Below are positions 1-12,620 of a stretch of 64,000 bases of DNA, piece after piece. Every line of letters starts with the position of its first letter. Within the stretch, counting starts at the first letter, position 1. The notes beneath the pieces are model-generated. The model made no database searches. It had not been told where the DNA came from and saw only the letters and a program-made list of their open reading frames with translations. This stretch comes from Octopus bimaculoides (lineage: Eukaryota). Made by a program: the position numbers and the translations under genes. The stretch lies in assembly GCF_001194135.2 (NCBI RefSeq), contig NC_068983.1, forward strand, positions 80,753,016 to 80,817,015. Direction: 5' to 3'.

Positions 1-913
1 CAGAATTTGAACTTGTAATGTAAGAACAAATACAGTAAGGAATTTTGTTCAATACCCTAATGAGTCTACCAAAACTGTAATGATTTTTGAAATTCATAGT
101 AATGCATTAAATGTAGGTTATTCACTATGCAGTCTCATTAGTAATAACTAATAATCACTTTTCTGCCCAGGAGCTTAGCCTGGTCATTCTTTTATGAGAA
201 GCAGGATTATTGGTAGTTGTTTGCTTTTTATGTGAGATAAATCTGTTTCAAATTAGCCTGTAAGAATATTAAAGAGAATTTTATGTAATGTTTTCTGCCA
301 CATAAGACAAGAGCTGCAATTAGCTGTGTCTATTGGTTTTTGTTTCCTGGTTAACAAGTCAACAATCTAGGATCAGCGATTTATATTCTTCCATGTATAT
401 TGTTCAGCTGCCTGTTGATAAGTGACGTGTGAAAGTATAATACAAAGTTATGTTAAAAAAGAAAAGAAGACCACTTTATAATTAATGAGTGTTTTGATAT
501 TTTTCCAAGCAAATCACAAGCTCTTCGATAAGTTAGGGTGGACATAGAAACCTTTTTCTAGTTGTAGATCATATATGACATTGCTCATAATTGGGAACAT
601 ATTGCATACATATGTTACTCCTCTGAATTTTGATTGAGAGGAAGTATGTGTGAATGATAGAGAGAGAGAGAGAGAGAGAGAGAGGGGGTGGAGGGAAAGA
701 GGGGAGGGAGAGAATGAGAAAGAGGGTGAGAAATAAAATTGTTCAAATTGACAGATCTAAAGCTTATGTTACAAAATTTTAGTAAAATGTAATTATGTTT
801 CCGTAACCATGATTTCACACATGCCATATAAAAAGTTATAAAAGACTGCATGCAGCCCAGGTGCTAAGGGCCGCTTATATCTAGCTTAGGGTGCAGATTG
901 GAAGGAAATTGTC

Positions 914-3440
914 TAGTGGCTCTTAACCATGTGGTCCCAAGATTTTGATCCAGCAAAGAAATACACTTCTGATATATATATTCTTATTTTTAACTATAAA
1001 TTTGAGCAAAATGTGATCTGATTGAGCTTACTTAGCTAACAGTATGTGTCAACTATGATATGATTAATGTCACAGTCTTGTATCATAATAGTTTATTTAA
1101 AGTAGTACACAAAAATTGCATAACTGACATACCAAATATTTGTCATTGACAACCTTTTAGTTGATGTTGTCCTCTAAGCAACTTACGTTCAAATTGTAGT
1201 TTAATCAATGTCAAGCATAAATTTCTTTGTTTTGTGATTCTAAGCATCTTTTGCTTCTTGCATAACAATTCAATAACTTCACAGAATACAGATTCAATGA
1301 AATATGTTGGTGAAAATAGCAGAACAAATTTTGGTAGTTTTTGTGAGTAAAGGCTATTTGCATGCAATTTCTTCAGAAATGGAATATTGGTTTCAAATTT
1401 TGATGCAAGGCTAGCAATTTTGTGGAACAGGTTAAGTGAATAACATCGACCCCAGTGTTCAACTGGTACTTATTTTATTTGATCCCCAAAATATAAAAGA
1501 CTAAGTCAACCTCAGTGGAATTTGAACCCAGAATGTAAAAATGAATGAAATGCCGCTAAGCATTTTGCCCAGTAAACTAGCAATTCTGCCAGCTGATACC
1601 TATATAGAAATATTAGGATTCAATGTAATACTTTGACAAATTCACCATTTTTCAAAGCTCTGATACCTCCCCCTCCATCTGAAACTCTGCTGCTACATCA
1701 AAGAGATTACAAAGAAAATGTCATGTATATCATGAAAGAAAGGAAAGATTAACTAAATCAATGAACAATTTTTGAGGGACATCTTCAGATAGGTGATTGC
1801 AAATTATTATGACAAGATCTTACTGTGCATTAGAACACTGTCATAGACAAAAGAAGTAAGCAAATTACAGCACTGAACCATTGTATGAGGCACAGAAAGT
1901 ATTTCTGTGAAACCCAAAATTTTCACCTTTACATTAAGGGATATTTTGCAGCCATTTATTGAAAATATTGTATTTACCAAAAATATGACCTAAGTAGCTG
2001 ACAATGATTTAATGTGAAGAAAATAGCTAAAGCAGTGGATGTAATTTCCTTTAGGCAATTGATGGATGACGCTATAATTAATAACGGGCAATAATTTTCA
2101 TAGCTCTCCTCATATTAGTAAAACAAAGGGGGATTTGTTCTTTGAATATCCCTTAATGATATTGATATAAGACACTAAGAGCATGTATCAATGGCATTTT
2201 TACATCATGTGGCTACATGTATCAATGGTATGTATCAATGTCACATGTATTATATGTAGCATTGTAGAGGTTCCACTTGTATCATATATGTATGTATGAA
2301 TATAATAATGATTGCTGACCTTATTTCATTTAATTATACATAGAACTTCATAGCAACCAAACTTTCTATCCTGTATCATGTAATGTATATAGATCAATTA
2401 TGGATTGCCATCTTTCATTAACTTCAAACTGCTCATATGCTTATCAATCACAATGGATGCCTGATTGCAGATGCAACTACAAAGCTGAAATTGGTCTTCA
2501 TTTCTTTGAAGTATTCCTGGATAATGGTATAGATGTTTTCAACACAATTTATTATTACTAGACTTCTACAAAATAGTAACTTGTCTACCAGTTTATCATA
2601 GTCAATGGATCAAACGTACACCTGATGTATAGCTCGACCATCATTCACTTTCAATTCATCAAGCTGGAGAGCAAAATACCAGTTACCTGGTTTCTTAGCT
2701 AGTTCATTGACTTCATCCAATATAATATGCTACTTTATCTATGCTGCCACAAATGGTATCATTATTCAATGGAAGACTCCTTTTTGATGTATCTCCATAC
2801 TGCAAAACAATTTTTATAAAAGAGCAGATAACTGGTTTCAGTAAAATATTATTTATAGAATGTAGCTTTCCAACTTTACCTATTATTAATAATTATTCAT
2901 AGCTGGCAATCAGTGTCAAATATTATATATAGACATAGTGGTGAACATACCAGTAATTGTCTTGTAACTATTGTGTTTCTGCTGTAATATTGACAAATCT
3001 TGATCTTGCTGGAGGAAGCCATTACAAAATAAGGGATTTATAATAGAGTATAGTATTTAGTAGACAAAATATGATGGTGAAATATTAAGGAACTAGTCTA
3101 AAATATAATTTAACAAAACGTGACTAGCTATGTTTACAAGCATGCTGGTGTATAATTCATTAAAATATTCCTTTCACAGCATACAATCAAAATAGTTTAA
3201 ATATTGTCATGGTACATTAAACACATTTACATGAGCACGTACAAAACAAACATTATAAACCAGTGGGTTTTTGCTTCTTTTGTCAGTATACAGTTGCCCA
3301 TGCTATATGCCTTTTAAACTGTCATCATTATGATCAAATGAATCCTGGTGTGAGTATTAACATGATGTGGAGCCATATTGAATGGCAGACAAAACTATAA
3401 TAATATAACACTTAAAACACAATGCAGCTTGAGAATCATC
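914..3440 (-). mobile_element. Decayed hAT (Buster/Charlie, ZBED5-like) DNA transposon
   Basis: Minus-strand translations GNWYFALQLDEL (~2651-2690) and LGHIFGKYNIFNKWLQ (~1946-1993), and ORF 1143-1367 (LLFSPTYFIESVF...), match Buster-type transposase motifs FALQLDE, L.DIF..LN.LN..LQ and the C-terminal dimerisation region. There are many stops and frameshifts. A possible TIR TAGTGGCTCTTAACC lies at 914; the right end (~3440) is uncertain. Confidence 0.7.
1389..1594 (-). mobile_element. tRNA-headed SINE, family A, inserted in the hAT fossil
   Basis: Reverse complement aligns with copies at 11663, 11883, 41869 and 57570 (AGCTGGCAGAAT head, TTCAAATTC B-box-like motif, GGGGTCGATG core, CAAAATTTGAAACC tail). 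Confidence 0.9.
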
Positions 3441-5033
3441 TCTATCTGCATATGTGTTGTGTACTATTACATGTATAAGAAGACAGTATATAACCCAAAC
3501 CATCTGTTTGCTCTCTCTCTGTTCTATTAACTGCTAACTATGATCAAATATGATGGTAAGAAATACAGCACTGCAAGACATATATAAACAGACACATTAA
3601 TACATTATGCAATGAAGGGCAACTTCATGGGCAGCTGGTGAATTGTTCCATACCTGCATTTGTACAGTTATGTGGGTGAGCAGACACTGTATAGACCTCA
3701 TCACCTATTTGTTCTATATAACCACTGTCAGCTAGTTGCCATAGTCAGTTACCTCTGGCCACAACTGGCCATGGGTACCATATCTTAAAAAGATTTTAAA
3801 GGTAGCATACAACTTGATGACTTTGGTTTGTAACAACTTTTCTTTTCATGGTTAATCAATATTTTTGAATGTATATTATGAAAATATTGCTTATCATTTT
3901 TAGCTTATATACCCCCACTGGCAACCTTTTCTTCTAAATGTCCTTGGAAATGCAAATTACTCCCTAGTGGAGCACACATCCTCAGACTAAAAATTACTGG
4001 AAGCAACTCTGCCTGTCAGGCTTAATATGATATCTGAAAAAAAATGTTAGTTGTAATTCACCAACCAATGGAATGAGGGACCTACGATATTAAGTGTTTT
4101 TTTACCAATCAAATATTTAGTAATGAAATATTGATGCATAGAGAAAAAAGCGGAAGAGCCAAAAATAAATAAATAAATGAAAAAAGAGATATCAAGATTA
4201 ATGAAATCCTAGAATCACTATATCTCATTAAAGCTGTACATTTTATAGCTAATTAAAATATGTGTAGAAATATAAAATCTCTACAAGATGTTATGTAATA
4301 GTTAAAATTATCTTTAGTACTTCTTATATATCTAAAGGCAATTTTGAAGAGAGCCATTATGTAACAACTAAAGCATTATTTTTTTTTTCCTGTCATATTA
4401 TTACTATGCACTAACTTAGCATTTGTTATTTTGTGCTAAATGTACAACAAATCATTTGCTGTCGAATGTTAAATTTTTGTTTCAGTTTTCTTAATATTGC
4501 CTGCAGCTATGAATTATGACATGAATCATTTGTTATGTTTCAATTTAACACTATGTTTTGATTTCACGGCGTCTTCTTATGGGATTATCTTGAAGCAAAA
4601 CCTCTATCATACATTATTCAAATTGAGCTATATCTCATTAGCTTTTATGCTGATTCTAAGTTTTGAATTTCTATATGATGAGAGCATGAGTATTTATGTA
4701 TAATATCTTTCAACACATAGACACACGTATATACTCACACATGGACGCACAGATTTTTATAATAGCTATATTTTCCTTTGAAAAACTAACACACATGTTT
4801 TTATAAGTTACCAAATAAAATTTGGGAACATATTGCATACATCGTTTATAAATAAATGTTTTCCTTTAAGAAATTACCAGATTCTACTAAATTAGAAATA
4901 TCCATTCTCTTTTTAGTTTATATTACCATCAGAAATACATTCATAAAGGATAATTAGTGAAATAATGCATTCTATGAAACAAATGATGCCAGAGGAGGAA
5001 ATAGACACTGAATAGAAATAGCAATAAATTTAC

Positions 5034-5173
5034 CTGAAAATATCTTCATATCTTATAAAACGCAGATTGCTTTTTATCTTGCATCCATCTTCAGATAGAA
5101 ATATATCTTGCTTTAAAAGAAAGTTTACAGTTGCTTGAAGTAAATTAAGTGTCTGTTTTAAAACCTTATAGTC
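5034..5173 (-). CDS. Candidate 140-nt internal exon of an unidentified gene (DYKVLKQTLNLLQATVNFLLKQDIFLSEDGCKIKSNLRFIRYEDIF)
   Basis: CTAG acceptor, 46 open codons plus 2 nt, CAG|gtaaat donor, and no repeat similarity seen. No homolog recognised, and no phase-consistent exon chain could be built. Confidence 0.35.
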
Positions 5174-6950
5174 CTAGCCATTTGTAAACTAAAAGCTTAG
5201 GCTTACCATCTCAGTAAATTAGATTTCAGCTTTGAGTAGATAGTAAATTTTTATAATTATCATGAATCAGAATTTTGTAATTCATAAAGGCAACCAAATA
5301 AATAAAGAATAATTTAGTTGATGAGACTGAATTAGAATATGACACACTATATTTTACAACAAATGCTTCCTCAGTTAATAATTTGTTTCAACTGATTCTA
5401 TTTAAATCACACTTATGAATTTGTAATTTATCTGGAAAGACATTAAGAAACACAGAGCCACAGTTTACAGAATGTAGTTTACACAATTTACAGTATCTAG
5501 TCTATGCAACACATACACACATATTACATGTAAAGGCTTAAATTAACATATACTTGACTTCAGCAAATTTTGATCTGTTACAATCATTCAGTCCAGATAT
5601 CTAGTATGTAGACATCTCACTCTTTTGATCTGCTAGTTCCTACCGATGCATTCAGTGGGTGAAAAATGGGCAACATTCTTAACAGTGGTGGCCTACCATT
5701 AAAAAAAAAACAAACAAGCATTAAAATTGGGAAGATGAGACTGCTGTATTACATTGGAACAGAGTTTTCTACTGCCAGATGCCCTTTCTGTTGTTGACGC
5801 CTACTTGTTTCAAGGTAGGGTAATAATCTCTCAGTCTATTGAAAAACAAATAGCTCAGACATGTTTGTAGAGAACTAGAAACAAATCACTATATGAAAAA
5901 TCTTTGTTTACAAAGTCCACAAGACATGTCAGGAAGTCTGGATGTACTTTTGTGGTGAACCACAAGCAAATATTACTGTTACCAATGCCATTATGTACAC
6001 TCAGAGAATGAAACATAGATGAGGAAATATAAAACAGACTAATAGGAAGACATGGACTGAGATCCCTGTTGACAGGACCTGATATTAAATTAAGGTGTAT
6101 GCAAATTAGTAGCTCCATTTCTCTGTAGCTACTGGATCTGTTGAGTATAGAAACAAATTGGCTGGTTGTTTTTCAGAGATTGGACAAATTGATGAAGGCA
6201 CCAATAAGGTTCAAAAAGCAAATAAGGTTGTTTATTGCTTTTCCAATGACTGGAAAATCTACCCTGTTTATTTATATATCTACTTACTCATATCTATTAT
6301 ATAAAATAGATCTGTGTGTGTGTATTCACTTTTCACACGAAAACAGCTAAGTGAATTGGTTCCATACTTGGGCTGCATGAATAATTTGACCTCAGATACA
6401 TAATAGGGTCTTCATTTATTTTTTTTTATTAAAACTAAATAAAATAAATAATATTGCTTTATATATATATGATTCATTTCTTTAAAAAGGATTTTCAATG
6501 CCAACTCCTGGTAGTGACATAGCAATAGGTTTTTCAGTGTTTACTTCCGGTATTGATATAACACCTACCATTACCTAGATATGCATATGTATGTATAACC
6601 ACTTCTATTTTATTTCAGAACCTGTGTTCTCGAGTATTAAAAGTATTACTTTCTGAGAAATACACTAATCTTATACTTCAAGCAAACAGTACTGTGTTAA
6701 AGCTATGAGTTTATAACCTGAGTGAAACCAAGTCCTTCTGCTTGCTATATATAATTATATATATGTTAAATAAAATGAGACAACAAAACCAAAGGTGTGT
6801 GGAATTTATAGGATGTTTATAAAGAGAAAGGTAGTCTTATAGCTGTTTCTGGGATATTAGGGATATCTCTTCATCAGAGACGATATGAGAGAGTTAACTA
6901 GAAGGAAATAGAGTTCAATATAAAGAGGTATATATACATGCAAACACATA

Positions 6951-7012
<62 letters not shown>

Positions 7013-7159
7013 TGCAAACACATATATGTGTGTGTGTGTGTGTGCGCGCACATATATATTTGTACACATATCACTGTATTGACTAGACTATCAGGTGTTG
7101 TTAACACTGCTATTCACAGTGTACTTCCTCCCATTGTTGTATCTTTCAAATGACGACAC

Positions 7160-7352
7160 CCCACTGGTTATGCTGACAGGTCTATGGTGTATAGGTGACC
7201 AGGCTCAGGGCTTTCCTCCTGAATAGCATGCCAGTCATTTGCATTTGAGTGGACTGGAGCAACATGAAATGGAATGTTTCATTCAAGAACACACTGCACC
7301 TCCCAATGTGAGATTTGAAACCATAACCTTACAATTTTAAGTGCAACACCCT
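7160..7352 (-). mobile_element. tRNA-headed SINE, family E
   Basis: CAACATGAAATGGAATGTTTCATTCAAGAACAC...GAAACCATAACC aligns with 15585-15800; the tRNA-like head is at the high-coordinate end. Confidence 0.7.
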
Positions 7353-7439
7353 AATCACTATATCCCTGTATCATGTATACATTCATGATGAAAAAATAAT
7401 AATAATATCTGTGAGAGGATGGGGATGTTTGGGTGTGTA

Positions 7440-7498
<59 letters not shown>

Positions 7499-7736
7499 NN
7501 NNNNNNNNNNNNNNNNNNNNNNNNNNNNNNNNNNNNNNNNNNNNNNNNNNNNNNNNNNNNNNNNNNNNNNNNNNNNNNNNNNNNNNNNNNNNNNNNNNNN
7601 NNNNNNNNNNNNNNNNNNNNNNNNNNNNNNNNNNNNNNNNNNNNNNNNNNNNNNNNNNNNNNNNNNNNNNNNNNNNNNNNNNNNNNNNNNNNNNNNNNNN
7701 NNNNNNNNNNNNNNNNNNNNNNNNNNNNNNNNNNNN

Positions 7737-7784
<48 letters not shown>

Positions 7785-7799
7785 GCTCCCAGATTGCTC

Positions 7800-8075
7800 A
7801 AAGGAGCTGACTCCATTGCAGATTGCCATGGATAGGACAGCCTGGAGGACTGCTATCCGCAATGGAGCCAGCTCTTTCAAGCAGAACAGACAACAGAATG
7901 AGGAGGCAAAACGTAGAAGAAAGGAGCGGCTTCAACATCCTTGACCTGCACCGACCATCCCATGTGAGTTCTGCCCATGACTCTTTCACCACTGACTTGG
8001 ACTCCAAAGTCACTTTCGGCACAGACATCAACCGAGGAGACTGGATGGAAACTGACGAATCCAATGCTTGGATAT
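7800..8075 (+). mobile_element. 3' end of an RTE/BovB-like LINE ORF2 with a C-terminal C2H2 finger
   Basis: AMDRTAWRTAIRNGASSF...KRRRKERLQHP, then CEFCP*LFHH*LGLQSHFRHRH. The in-frame TGA stops fit CGA-to-TGA CpG decay. Confidence 0.75.
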
Positions 8076-8211
8076 GAGCTGGAGCTGACTATATATATAG
8101 TAAATCAAAAAAAAAAAGAAAATGAAGAACAAACACAAGATAAAAAACAACAATGTGAGGATGTGGTACATGCAAAGTATTAGCAGACACTCAGGGAAGA
8201 AAAGAAAGGTA

Positions 8212-8247
8212 GTTTTTATGTTTCAAGCAAAGCTCTTCATCAGAAAC
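8212..8247 (-). ncRNA. Minimal hammerhead-ribozyme-like motif (Penelope-associated type), partly decayed
   Basis: Minus strand GTTT-CTGATGA-A-GAGC-TTT-GCTT-GAAA-CA-TA-AAAAC: conserved core, 4-bp stem II, short stem I and a diminished stem III. Confidence 0.55.
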
Positions 8248-9208
8248 AAGAGACCAAGAAAAGTCCAAGAGAAAAGGAAGACAAGGGAAAAAAATCACCA
8301 ATGTTCCACATGTGGTTAGATGTATATATACGTACATACACCCTTGAGTAGCAAGACTTACATCGCCAACGATCCACATGTGGTTACATGTGTATATACA
8401 TACACACACACACACACCTAATATATCCTCCTACAGATATATCTTTCATCTGTTGCTTGTTTTAGTTATAGGAGTTGGACTTAACAAGCATCAGATGGTG
8501 TGCAAGAGAGATAACTGCGCTGGTATGGTCAATATGTCTGGAGTAGTCATCGTATTTAACAACCAGGCTCACTTCCCACTGTGTGTCCCCATTCAATTTT
8601 ATAATCAATTTGTATTTGAAAGTTACTTTTCTTGCCTTTCTCAACAAGAATTATCATTAAAACTAATGACTTTTCTCTTTATTATAGGTATATAAAAAAA
8701 ATATAATTGATTGAAAATTAGGGATAAGATTGGCTCACTACACTAAGTAAGTTAGTTGCTACTCATTTAGTTAATAGCGCAATGTACCTTAACAACATTA
8801 TCGTTTTAAAGTTACCAAGCTTAAGAGCTGCTTATAGACATATCACAACAGTTACCAAACAAAAATAACTGTTTATTAAGAATATAGTGTATCATTTCTT
8901 GTCTCTATGTATTCTAAAGTAGCTTTTGTTCCCTCGAACATTCTCATTATGTACTTCAGCACCAATCAAATTGTTTGCTCTCCTAGTCTCTCTTTATCTC
9001 ATAAATAAACCACTGTGCTACCACATCAGAGTATCACACCAAACAATATATAGTACTAATTTTTTTTGAATAAAACTGAAGTTTTTATTCAAAATATATA
9101 CAGGAATATATTTTACAAAAGAAAAACAAGAAAAACACCCAAAGAAGTGGGAGAGAGAAAAAAAACAATGCAGAACCTAGTGCCCCAATTGGTTGCACAC
9201 CACAAGGT

Positions 9209-9330
9209 TCAACAGAACCTACTGAACCAAGCCAGCATGCTTGTGGCATAACCACGGGTAATAGCGAAGCTAAGGTGTTGGAAAAGCCAAGTACCCTCAT
9301 GGGCATCACCTGACACGTCGGTGTAGTGAG
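9209..9330 (-). mobile_element. C-terminal fragment of a CRE-like RLE-class non-LTR retrotransposon
   Basis: Minus-strand frame TDVSGDAHEGTWLFQHLSFAITRGYATSMLAW resembles the terminal L.QRLS.A.QRGNA..L motif of CRE-type elements. Confidence 0.6.
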
Positions 9331-9372
9331 CTACCAATCTTTCTCCATCACTCTTCTCTTTCTTTCACTTCT

Positions 9373-9377
9373 CTCTC

Positions 9378-9445
<68 letters not shown>
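9373..9445. repeat. (CT)n microsatellite
   Basis: Directly visible. Confidence 0.95.
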
Positions 9446-9454
<9 letters not shown>

Positions 9455-11139
9455 GTTTATATTTCTATACCTTTTTCCCACTTCAGTTGTTGTCATTTTG
9501 GCCTCAAGTCAAATCTGACTGAACAGACTCAAGGTCACAGTTATTTTAGTCATGACCATCCGATCCTTCTCAAGAACATTGCATGTCTAGAGCAACAATA
9601 TCCAATGTCTCTCACAAATTTCCAAGACAGTTTGGTGTAATTTGAAAGAGACTTGTCTGCTATTTTAAGCATATTCAGTGACTACGTTGAGGCCTGTTTC
9701 ATTAGCTCAGTGGTGATGTTGTTACAATGCCTTTTATCCATCACACAAATTTAATATGGTTCATAATTTTATAATGACTAGCTCTTTAGAAAAGCATTTT
9801 TATAGAAAATAAAATGATTTATCTGAACTGGAGAATACCTAAGACATGAATTTATAATGCTATGTTAAGGAATGGAAGAAGAATCTAAGAAAGAAACTAA
9901 AACCACAAGCCACCTTTGAGAGACTGTACTCAGTATTTGATGTATTATCAGAGAGAAAATATGTGATAAAGTATGTTAACTGAAGTTCAGAATATTTGCA
10001 AATCTTATAAAGATCAGGTATTTTTTTATTTTTGATTAATAGAAAAATTATATTTTCATAACAGAGTTGGTATGACATTTGATTCTTGGAAACAGACTGT
10101 TTTTCAGGAAGTAGTAATCGAAGAAGTTTAGTAGGAGGAAAATACTGATTTTAAACGATTGTGAAGTTAATAGGTTTGTCACACAATAGTAAACTCATTT
10201 TGATATATCTGAAAAAAAAAAAAGAAAAGATGTAGTTTAATATTCTGTTAAAATTAGTTATTGACTAACTTGACAAATCTGGTGTTGAGATTTGAAAGTA
10301 AAGATATCTAATAAAAACTAGAATGCTTCCATTTAGAAAGAACTCAACTCCATTAAATTTCAATGTCTGTTGAATAGGAGATTCTAGATTGGAAGCATGT
10401 TAAGGTAAATATGTGTCAATACTTGCATTGAATACTGAAACCTCGGAGCCATATTAAAGAATTTTATAGACAGTCGATGATTTGGAGTTGGATTTAAAGA
10501 AAAGCATTGTACAGAGAATAAATTAAGAAAAAGAAATACAATAAAAGGTTAAGATTCAAAAGAAGATAATGATGTGTAGACTGAGAAGATAAATGAATGG
10601 AACATTAATGAATGAAAATTTAATCAAGGAAGCATTAAAAACTGTAAACTAGATTATAGGAAAACTTTTCCTTTATTTGATCTCAATTAAGAAGAAGATT
10701 TCTTTTTCAAAATCAGGGCTTCATTAAGAAGAGTATATTAACTAAACATTACATGAAAAACGAAGACATCAAAAAGGGAATCAATTGATTAAAGTAACAC
10801 TGCTACATAAAAAGTTGTAAATTGGGTTTTAAAAAAAAAACATCAAGACTAACCTTGGATACAGTAAAAAACAAAGCAATTATACAGAAAAATTCAAGAC
10901 ACTTAGTAGTAAAGAATTCTTAGATTAATGCTTATAATTATTACTAAATAAAACCTTTCACATAAATATTTTTAACTATGTATTTTATATCTGTTTTTCT
11001 GTACTGACATAAATTGGTTGCTTCTGAAAATTTACATTTTTGTATGAGTTCTTGGAGCAGATACGCTTTTTCTTTTCTAGATGGCTTTGCTGTGAATGAA
11101 AATAATAACTATTTTGCTATAAAATATTATAGAAGCTAC

Positions 11140-11555
11140 ACCGGTAAATTACTAACCTCATGAAATATTTTCTGTGTGGTAATTTGAAATGTTAGAAACA
11201 GCAGCCAAAACTTCTCCAAATCATACACTACTGTCTTTTAAAAATGTGTCACATTAGATAATATAGTCTGGGGTACACAATGTTTGGAAAAGAAAGATGG
11301 GATGGTCATAATTAGGATACCTTTTGGTCTTTTATCTACTCAATCAATGCTGATCTGGAACAATTGTACTGATGAGTCTCTGTACTGGAAATAACAACGA
11401 AATTTTCCCATCACAACCTGCCATCTTAAGAAAGAAGCACACTTTCGGACTATTTACTCACAGTTATGCAAAAACAAGATGTTTATAATTGGAATGTCTT
11501 TGATCATTGGTCTATCAGTGGTAACCTGGGGTTAAACAATAACATCGACAACAAT
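11140..11555 (+). mobile_element. Two adjacent copies of short interspersed repeat family F
   Basis: TAGAAACAGCAGCCAAA...GGGATGGTCAT...GACCTGGGG.TAAACAACAA motifs shared with 31320-31520, 53035-53230, 54640-54830 and, reversed, 9483-9690. Confidence 0.65.
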
Positions 11556-11662
11556 AAAAGAAATTAAATTACCAGTCTTTCATTTCACTTGTTTAACAAC
11601 TCATTATGTCTCCGTAAATTACCATTGTCTGAGTATCTCTTCTAGTATCAATGAATTTCTTA

Positions 11663-11865
11663 GAGCAGCAAGCTGGCAGAATCCTTAAAATGCCAGACAA
11701 AATGTTAAACAACATTTCATCTGTCTTTATGTTCTGAGTTCAAGTTCTTCTGAGGTTGACTTTGCCCTTCATCTTTTCAGGGTCAGTAAAATAAGTATCA
11801 GTTGTGTCCTGAGGTTGACTTACCCGCTTCCCCAGAATTGCTGGCCTTGTGCCAAGATTTGAAGT
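11663..11865 (+). mobile_element. SINE family A, first copy of a head-to-tail pair
   Basis: Full-length alignment to the other family A copies. Confidence 0.9.
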
Positions 11866-11882
11866 CAATATTTCTCAAGGTT

Positions 11883-12097
11883 AAGGCAGTGAGTTTGCAG
11901 AATCATTACCATTTCAGACACGATGCTTAGCAACATTTCTTCCAGCTCTTTATGCTTTGATATCAAATTTTACTGAGGTTGACTTTGTTGTCCATCCTTT
12001 CAGGATTGATAAAATAAAGTACCAGTCAAGTACTGGAGTCGATATAACTGACTTATCTCATCCCTAAAATTGCTTGCATAGTGCCAAAATTTGAAAC
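11883..12097 (+). mobile_element. SINE family A, second copy, flanked by the 14-bp direct repeat CAATATTTCTCAAG
   Basis: Direct repeat at 11866-11879 and 12098-12111. Confidence 0.9.
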
Positions 12098-12129
12098 CAA
12101 TATTTCTCAAGACTCATAGCTGTAGTCTA

Positions 12130-12620
12130 GTTTGACTGCCTCTCTTAATGGATTTTTACATTTTATGATTCTAGTCTTTCACATCCTGGTTGTATTTAGC
12201 AGTAGTTCACTTGAAACTATACCAGTTTTCACATGTAATGATCTTTACTCAATTTTACATTTTTTGAAGCTCTCATTAAAATTGGTAGAACTATCTACTC
12301 AATTTATTTTCTTCAGAGAGGAATGTTTTTACAACCTTCAATTAGTTTCCATTTATTGTCACTTATCCATTCTTTTGTTGATAACAGTGTGTTTAATACA
12401 GCATTTAATGCTTGATAAAGATGTTCATCTTCAATCAAAACAATTTATCAATAATACCTAGCAATCAATAATACCTTGTAATCTATCTGTAGAAGATTCT
12501 AGTTTGATTGCAATGCTTGATAAATAACTTATCTCTTGTGCTTCATCATAAATTTTGATTTAGTTACTAATCCTAATGACAATTTACTAAATATTTGTTG
12601 ATTTTAATTAATCTTTTTTT
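12130..12620 (-). pseudogene. Decayed coding-like segment of unknown origin
   Basis: Successive frameshifted open stretches IYDEAQEISYLSSIAIKLESSTDRLQGIID and LIEDEHLYQALNAVLNTLLSTKEWISDNKWKLIEGCK. A 12-nt duplication GGTATTATTGAT breaks the frame, and the antisense frame is open for 109 codons. Confidence 0.3.

Noticed and set aside
5860-6000. Cys-containing stretch (HKTCQEVWMYFCGE / YYCYQCH) as a piggyBac C-terminal finger
   Set aside because: It needs several frameshifts and no catalytic-domain sequence lies nearby.
12130-12620. Resemblance of the decayed segment to a kinesin-5 stalk
   Set aside because: Only generic coiled-coil similarity, which cannot be supported without a search.
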